Shown here: one piece after another, positions 59,701 to 64,000 of the stretch | Layout: each line of letters opens with the position of its first letter | How positions within the stretch are numbered: position 1 is the first letter of the stretch | Origin: a virus | Direction: 5' to 3' (one strand) | IMG/VR virus record: IMGVR_UViG_3300043436_002834 | Location: 20,843 to 84,842 of that record | DNA: 64,000 bases | The notes under the pieces: model-generated | Databases searched by the model: none | What the model was told of the DNA's origin: nothing | The model's input: only the letters and a program-made list of their open reading frames with translations | Program-made: the position numbers and the translations under genes

Positions 59701-62700
59701 ATCCGGACTTTAAGTTTACGCCTAATGTTATTCACATTAAGTTTTTAAAGAGTCAGATCTTTTTAGATGAAGGCTTTAAAGGACACATATCTTTACCTAC
59801 ACAGCTTCGTAAGATTGCTACCATTGGTATTATGGATGGCGGTGTACCTACAGATTTTGTTTATACTGGCAAGAAAAATATTAAAGAAGCATGGGAAGCC
59901 CTATCTCCAAAACAAAAGTTAGAGAAATCAGCTAAATGGAGATGGTTGCAAAACTTTAATAACACTCTTGATAAAATGCAAGAGGTATTAAAGAATCAAC
60001 TATTAGAAGACATAGAGTTAAAAGAAACTATAGTTGATGGCAAAGTTGTTGGATATAGCGGGGATTCATCTAAACTAAAACAGTATCTCCAAGACAAGTT
60101 AAGAAACAAAGAAATCCTACCTTCTGAAATTGAATTTATTGCCAAACCAGATGGTACTCTTATTGATGACTTATCGCTTTCTATGATTAGTGAAAAGTTA
60201 GAAGAGTTGCTTGTTGCTTTAGTAGATAAAACTTTAAGAAGGATATCTGTTAATGGAGAAGCTTTAGTGCAGGTTTCCGGTACCATGTATGAAACATCTC
60301 TTAAAAAAGCTACTAGAGAAGAAGGTTTAAAGTATGGCTCCAACGGTCTCAAGTTTTATTATTTAAAAGATGAGAATGGTAATGAAGCAGTAAGTCCGGA
60401 TGGTCAAAAGTATGTACAAGCTATGGAAGTTAAAGTAGCTTTACAAGGTGACTTTAAGAAACTTTTTTATACTACACATCCTGATGGTAATTCAGTAGCG
60501 GTTTACTTTAAAACTGAAGAAGGTAAAAATGAATTAGATTATGATGCATCACTTAAAAGGTTAAATGAAGCCATTAAGGACACAAAATGGTTAGATCAAT
60601 ATTCTGATTACATTTCTATTCCAGGAGTTCGTATTCCTACACAGGGACCAAATGCATTAACCAGTGCAACAATTGCTGAATTTTTACCTGAATGGGCAGG
60701 ACCTATTATTGTTTTGCCTACAGAGATTACTTCACAAACCGGATCTGACTTTGACATTGATAAGTTATTTAACATGTTTAAAAATCTTATCAACTTAAAT
60801 GGTAAGGTTGAACAAGTTGTTTATGATCCATCTGTAACTGAATCTTATGATGAACTGCGTGCTCAGATTATTCCTATAGATGAAAAGATTAAAGCCACAA
60901 GCGAAAAGCTTAGCCAAGCTTGGGCTGTGTATACAGATTACTTAGAGAATAAAACTCAGGTCAATGCAGATATTGAAAGTTCTTTTGAAGCTATTGCGGT
61001 TATTCAAGATGAAATTGATCAGAAGTACAGTCAGAAAAAAGAGGTAGCTGAAAATAAGGCGTATCCAAAAGAATTACAAAGATCTGTTCATGCAGAGCTT
61101 CAATCTGAAATTGATGCTTTAAATTCCTCTATTAATTATTTGCGTTCTGACATTCAGAATAAATTAACTGCATTTTTTGACAAAGAGATTCTTAATAAGG
61201 AGGATCGCAAACAAGCTGTTGGGCAAAAGTATGAAGAGTACATGGCAGATATTTCAGCAATAGAAGCTGAATTAAACCAATACAATGAAGAAAAAGCATC
61301 AGTTGAAAGAAAGATAGCAGGTAAAGGTGTAAAGGGTCTAGAAAACAAATTATTTGATTTGTTATCAGAAAGAGTTTTAATGCCGGATAATCTATTGTTA
61401 TTGGTTACACCTAACACAACAGATAGTGTAGAACCTTTAGCAAGAGCTGCAGGTAAACAAATTAAAAAGTCATATAACAAATTAAGCAATAAGAAAAATT
61501 CATCTTCTGCTTCAGATAAAATTGCTAAGACTTCTATTTTTGAATATCGCTATAACTTGTTAAAGCACCAAGAAAACTCTGTTGGTAAAGATTCATTAGG
61601 TATTGCTGCTATTTCATCTACTTTTTATGCAATATTTACAACCTTTGGTGCCACTTTGCAAGCTACCTCAGCTGAAGACCAAGCCAAGTTTGAAAACGCT
61701 CTTAAAGTTCTTCAAAATGAGTCATTAGTAAACAGTCCCGCATATCTCCGTGCTCTTAAAACTATTGACAACTTTAAGAACAAGAAGCTAAATTTCATTA
61801 CAGATGATGGCAAAATAGGTTATAATCTTAATGAAAAAGATAATGCCGTTGCTTTAGGTATTATGAAAAATGCTGATGGACAACAAGTATCTGATATTAT
61901 TTCTCAACTTATTAATGGTTATGTGGATGTAGCTAAGGATGCTTGGATTTTTGAAGCTCAGGGTACTAAAGAAAATAGCCCTATTCTTTTGTTCATGGTT
62001 ATGGCAGGTATAAGTACATCTTCTGTAATTAATATGGTAAACAATCCATTAGTATTAGAATACAATGAACTTAAAAAAGAAAATGAAGGTGTATTTGCTA
62101 AAGCTAATAAAGTTGCTGAAGGGATTACTGATCCTAACAAAGAAGGTACAGCTTTAGATTTTCTTTATGAAAAATACAAAGGTTTATTTTCATCAAAGAA
62201 TCCAGAAAATAAAACTAAAACTACTCTGTTCAATATAGATAGAATTGCTAATGCAGCTGATCCATTCAGTCCCACAGAACTTGAATCAAGATTAGGTAGT
62301 GAACCAACATTTAGGGATGTTGAAATTCTTTCTCATTATGTGCAGATTGAAAACATGGCTAATGCACTTACTGCATTTACAATGTTATCTAAGTTTGACA
62401 CTAATAAAATCTCTAATATTACCGAGGCTCAAAAAAGGATTGAAGATATTGCTGAGTTTAAACTTACTGCAATAGAAGATAAAATTATTCCGGATTATTG
62501 GTTTGATGCATTACTTGATACACCAATTGGTAAATTCAATAATGATGAGTTTATTGTTAATTTGTTTTCTAAATACTTTAAGATTAAGAATAACAGGGCT
62601 CTTGTCCTTAGATCTTTAGGTATTAAAACTCCAAAAGGATCTGATCCAAGAAAAGTACTTACAGAATTTAAGAATGACTTTATGTGGTTCTTATATCAAA

Positions 62701-64000
62701 ATGCCGCATATAACCGTAAATCTTATACTACATCTCCAAGTAAATATTATGAGGATGGTTCTGCGCTTCCGGGTAAAACTTATATTTTAGAACAAGATGT
62801 AAATTTACCACAAGGAAAAGGCATGGAAGTTAATGAAGAAACAGGTGTGGTAAAATACCATCCTAAAGCCATGATCTTAGATATCAATATGGCAGAGTTT
62901 CTTTATTCATCTAAATTCTTTAATGCAGCTCAACCAAAAGAATGGGTAACTTTTAGACTAGAGTATGACAATTTAAAAGCTGCCTCTGAGGAACTTTCAG
63001 ATAATGAATTTAAAGAAAAGTTCTATCAATTTGATAATCCAAATAATTCTTTCTTGGACTATGGATCTGTCACAGGCCGCAATATTATTTTACAAAGAGC
63101 TGCACTCTACCATACAAATAATGTAAATGCTTTATTTGATTTATCTGTAGGAGTAGGTAACATCTTGCGTAATTTTTCTGCTAAGTATCCAGGGCTTAAT
63201 CAGTATGCTTTTTTCAGAGATGTTAATTATGATTTTAGTGACTCTCTTAAAAAAATGAACATTTACTTTCCACAGATTAAAGATGCTCAGATGGCGGCTG
63301 TGTATAAAGAAAATGTTGAGGAGTTAAAAAATTATCCTGAAAGAGAAGTTGCTGAATTCTTTGGAAAGCTTTCTCACATCGGTATTATGCAAACTGGTAT
63401 GAACCGTACATCTAAATATGATTTTGCTAAAATACTTGATCAAAACTTATTTAATGAAGTTATTGAAAATGAAATAGGCTTACCTTACATTAATGATGTT
63501 CTTCAGGAATTAGAAAAAAGCTTTGCTGTTCGTGAAGGTAAAAAAGATGGACAAATTGTTGATCAGTTTAAAGAGATCTTTGTTGAGAAGATTAAAAACA
63601 ATGGTCTGCGCACTAAGGTCCGTGGTACTAGCTATCTTGTTGATGAGCTACGCTTCTCTAAAGAAAAGTCTTTAAAAGAATCTAAGATTGCTCAAAACAA
63701 GATTACTATTATTCCGGTTAATAAAACAGCAGCAGCCGGTCAAGAACTATTGACAGCGGCTATGTTCTATAATAATCCTAACATTACCCCGCTTGAGTTT
63801 GCTAATTCTATTAGAACTTTGAACTGGTCAATTAAAAATGAAAAATTAGTTGCTCCTGAAGGAAAAAGTCAAAAGGAATTAGATAAAGCTTTATTAGTAT
63901 TAGGTATTGATAACTCTCAAGAGCTACCTTCATTAAAGTATAAATCTAAAAACTTAAAAGAAGGTTTCTTATCTATTGGTGAATCTGAAATTCAAAAAGC
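53748..64000 (+). CDS. giant virion-packaged RNA polymerase (two-barrel, crAss type), 3'-truncated, with an N-terminal zincin domain
   Basis: ATG at 53748 with the frame apparently open to the window end (>3400 aa; absent from the ORF track). In-frame RIPTQG and GSDFDIDK (60741-60764), DAQGW, INGYVDVAKD, and YHEAFH at ~55749-55766. Confidence 0.9.
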   Translation, partial: MNICITPNSIKLFGSYISRKLPEYLSQEKSAEALLTDLFNDALTVFSDNGLSNDRNKELVLQHLSIVPQIVLKYIADNPKMGTPASFEKFKELSQDVVTATEDTSKDTFQALIDRFGDIIGNTSIQVEEGNPLDRFEAVSFELMKTSNQEAIYNPLLGYSENITDPKKVFEFTVARNVIKNDNKLNLSFRLTTLGEVINNSKVVNTTGSEDPNLPILLLVDSKNEIASFDEAGNLVTDGKIPVYTIKTDKVSLDYQVKMLTVQEMAYDSSLSQKEAAVKAQQQVDQFLAYINESLAKVKAGDQVYMRIDLDKSNLGFIAQDRNKTTNLTDITNINDGATVLEQGGTNLQFYPVIAVANTNKTFRVYEKPLSSLTDEEFETLHYLISQDELKIKGYTAANANASGVREAFMNFYIDSYNKGQYKDRSFYYYVEESVDEKGKKTKTRMVRLGNNEPILASTLTLAQLKEFANLRFSKPVSAKDLNANATKPKASINDVTNLGEYFYGEDGQVYEMVGPRRSFTNKKDASMDTVIYKVPARIEDGQLITGARTTIGDHVIQVGYTNLVPTAEGKLQGFGSYLGFAPSVVASNIKPKRDIKWRSVSERNLATVASDKQNEAALEWWNKSPLSKVITLNNMQNKAAEFGPNFVANFIGNAINLYQGSSSSDVYHEAFHAFYDGILTPSERKEIYDTLRATPGYFTTVVNGQSKLLSYSDATDLELEEFLAEGFREYALSNGKKTKFSDNKIKAFFQKLLNLLKSVFGNMTYAEAKAFNKTNAMVDVIFSDLFKGNFTSDMFVASNEEAKWRSSEVETTSGDTFTLEEMYDAMTSMKSVFSDFITQGLNFSQNQKDQEQAVSLLFEMADYAESSDEYKQLANDLKLLDEKGSSVRTGQGVFNIAANPRLLSLAVDYVKARFEQRLNDVNNKLESISKIEDKNAQQRSESTALVFQKQLLEKILNPENFGKLSDLNKTARLKGEEQIPKSLIENFLKNYSDLVLKKTEYEDFYDVKATEEENYVPLWDRSGNEQLFDELIDGQTLSILGSIQQYTEQGKGVPQLNGLGFKKIMPTKNAIAKVAKLLRNTPDAMDMSAKLKDAAKTDKEIDQLLRRLGDISQLDFTDNITVAEHRQWTGFWESFNKADVLLREFILEKEIDETDPDNPVVTLISKSGKSSSMSLQVTRKWAANFKFLLTESPYADELGGVPVFNLENLYLDFNRADSLTYAKIQGPGPNNITSKNDPKKSKNAEYTLFAKVEAIAKPFEFLKALGIDMVEDEDVRKILFRGDSELGISAAITEYINNSIKNRMTKAVWDSELERWVVDTNGKFIGNLDQLFRKFNYFDENNKVVEQQDLSGFLTQLRELQYIYSNDYTNFSSFNANGDLVSEKSLNSSLLVTVSEINKAATLEDFLKIKGMEHLDPYTNPQAASSKWLIDMFQLDPSVHAPTKRGKRDYGIKISVEALSGSKLIQKYKGISEKEDDTTGEIYDEPISWETDRGIESMGSDIKTKFISDFHLTLEGKQEIMRSEAKSTSLTVFAPSRKGSETRKGSNLLVDKGEVQSIFSEGYKGKILYNEFKNHIAAEIIRIQKIRKIKEMLLSGEINPSEIAIDVKQLNRGEDWFVFDKIFNPELKSKLESISLDGILGDKGFTIDALSTPLKTEIENALVEYFRNEAALLMNEFANKIVISDNLYKDYTNQDESIESVNDKLFRTFVINNFIQNLNYGSLFIGDSSVFNVEGEDFHKRIAGLISTGKIFRHDDAWLKFLNSEKFNAKGFAKKHNTEKGITADYSYSGYLNTAIIKEAKSNSVYADHYRKMLGLDSNKYETEGGAIEEADAQGWVSFDTYRLLNISINEWSDAQENLYQKMLSGEKILKKDLVTTFPARKFQYYGQVNNPQTQELLGTLGLSLNNMAFHKYSLVPLVPQLIEGTHLQTLHEKMMEQGIDYVTMQTGSKLSTLSKVKVNKDTKTFEADVDNFYDAKTRTVTEDPDFKFTPNVIHIKFLKSQIFLDEGFKGHISLPTQLRKIATIGIMDGGVPTDFVYTGKKNIKEAWEALSPKQKLEKSAKWRWLQNFNNTLDKMQEVLKNQLLEDIELKETIVDGKVVGYSGDSSKLKQYLQDKLRNKEILPSEIEFIAKPDGTLIDDLSLSMISEKLEELLVALVDKTLRRISVNGEALVQVSGTMYETSLKKATREEGLKYGSNGLKFYYLKDENGNEAVSPDGQKYVQAMEVKVALQGDFKKLFYTTHPDGNSVAVYFKTEEGKNELDYDASLKRLNEAIKDTKWLDQYSDYISIPGVRIPTQGPNALTSATIAEFLPEWAGPIIVLPTEITSQTGSDFDIDKLFNMFKNLINLNGKVEQVVYDPSVTESYDELRAQIIPIDEKIKATSEKLSQAWAVYTDYLENKTQVNADIESSFEAIAVIQDEIDQKYSQKKEVAENKAYPKELQRSVHAELQSEIDALNSSINYLRSDIQNKLTAFFDKEILNKEDRKQAVGQKYEEYMADISAIEAELNQYNEEKASVERKIAGKGVKGLENKLFDLLSERVLMPDNLLLLVTPNTTDSVEPLARAAGKQIKKSYNKLSNKKNSSSASDKIAKTSIFEYRYNLLKHQENSVGKDSLGIAAISSTFYAIFTTFGATLQATSAEDQAKFENALKVLQNESLVNSPAYLRALKTIDNFKNKKLNFITDDGKIGYNLNEKDNAVALGIMKNADGQQVSDIISQLINGYVDVAKDAWIFEAQGTKENSPILLFMVMAGISTSSVINMVNNPLVLEYNELKKENEGVFAKANKVAEGITDPNKEGTALDFLYEKYKGLFSSKNPENKTKTTLFNIDRIANAADPFSPTELESRLGSEPTFRDVEILSHYVQIENMANALTAFTMLSKFDTNKISNITEAQKRIEDIAEFKLTAIEDKIIPDYWFDALLDTPIGKFNNDEFIVNLFSKYFKIKNNRALVLRSLGIKTPKGSDPRKVLTEFKNDFMWFLYQNAAYNRKSYTTSPSKYYEDGSALPGKTYILEQDVNLPQGKGMEVNEETGVVKYHPKAMILDINMAEFLYSSKFFNAAQPKEWVTFRLEYDNLKAASEELSDNEFKEKFYQFDNPNNSFLDYGSVTGRNIILQRAALYHTNNVNALFDLSVGVGNILRNFSAKYPGLNQYAFFRDVNYDFSDSLKKMNIYFPQIKDAQMAAVYKENVEELKNYPEREVAEFFGKLSHIGIMQTGMNRTSKYDFAKILDQNLFNEVIENEIGLPYINDVLQELEKSFAVREGKKDGQIVDQFKEIFVEKIKNNGLRTKVRGTSYLVDELRFSKEKSLKESKIAQNKITIIPVNKTAAAGQELLTAAMFYNNPNITPLEFANSIRTLNWSIKNEKLVAPEGKSQKELDKALLVLGIDNSQELPSLKYKSKNLKEGFLSIGESEIQK

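Noticed and set aside
1604-62140. Minus-strand and nested alternative-frame ORFs in the track
   Set aside because: They are shadows of well-supported + strand genes, with no motifs or independent expression signals.
1-64000. Stop-codon reassignment (TAG/TGA), known in some crAss-like phages
   Set aside because: Long genes are intact in code 11, coding density is high, and TAG stops (13592, 16983, 53744) fall at natural gene ends.
1-64000. tRNA or rRNA genes
   Set aside because: Intergenic gaps are short and no cloverleaf or T-loop consensus was seen by eye; tRNAscan was not run.

Overview
A 64 kb AT-rich segment of a crAss-like (Crassvirales-related) podophage that probably infects a Bacteroidota host. 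Host evidence: no Shine-Dalgarno sites, TATATTTG promoters, and a signal peptide cleaved before Gln. All credible genes are on the + strand, tightly packed with many TAATG/ATGA overlaps, and read in standard code 11. Gene order: receptor-binding/fibre genes; a membrane-protein-rich lysis cassette with an M15 endolysin; HU-like, Zn-finger and PD-(D/E)xK nuclease genes; terminase, portal, scaffold-like and major capsid genes; tiny basic proteins; a ferritin-like gene; Cys-rich/collagen fibre genes; ring and muzzle tail genes; ejected cargo proteins; and a giant virion RNA polymerase (GSDFDIDK motif) that runs off the window end. Most notable observations: (1) a candidate 3'-UTR small RNA at ~29066-29129 that is complementary to the translation-initiation regions of several operon-leading genes; (2) a repeated phi-x-x-GG motif in cargo proteins next to a candidate protease/recognition domain; (3) a zincin domain in the RNAP flanked on both sides by KWRS; (4) recurrent phage promoter and operator boxes; (5) a modular Cys-tagged fibre kit. 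All product calls come from motif recognition and synteny, not database searches.
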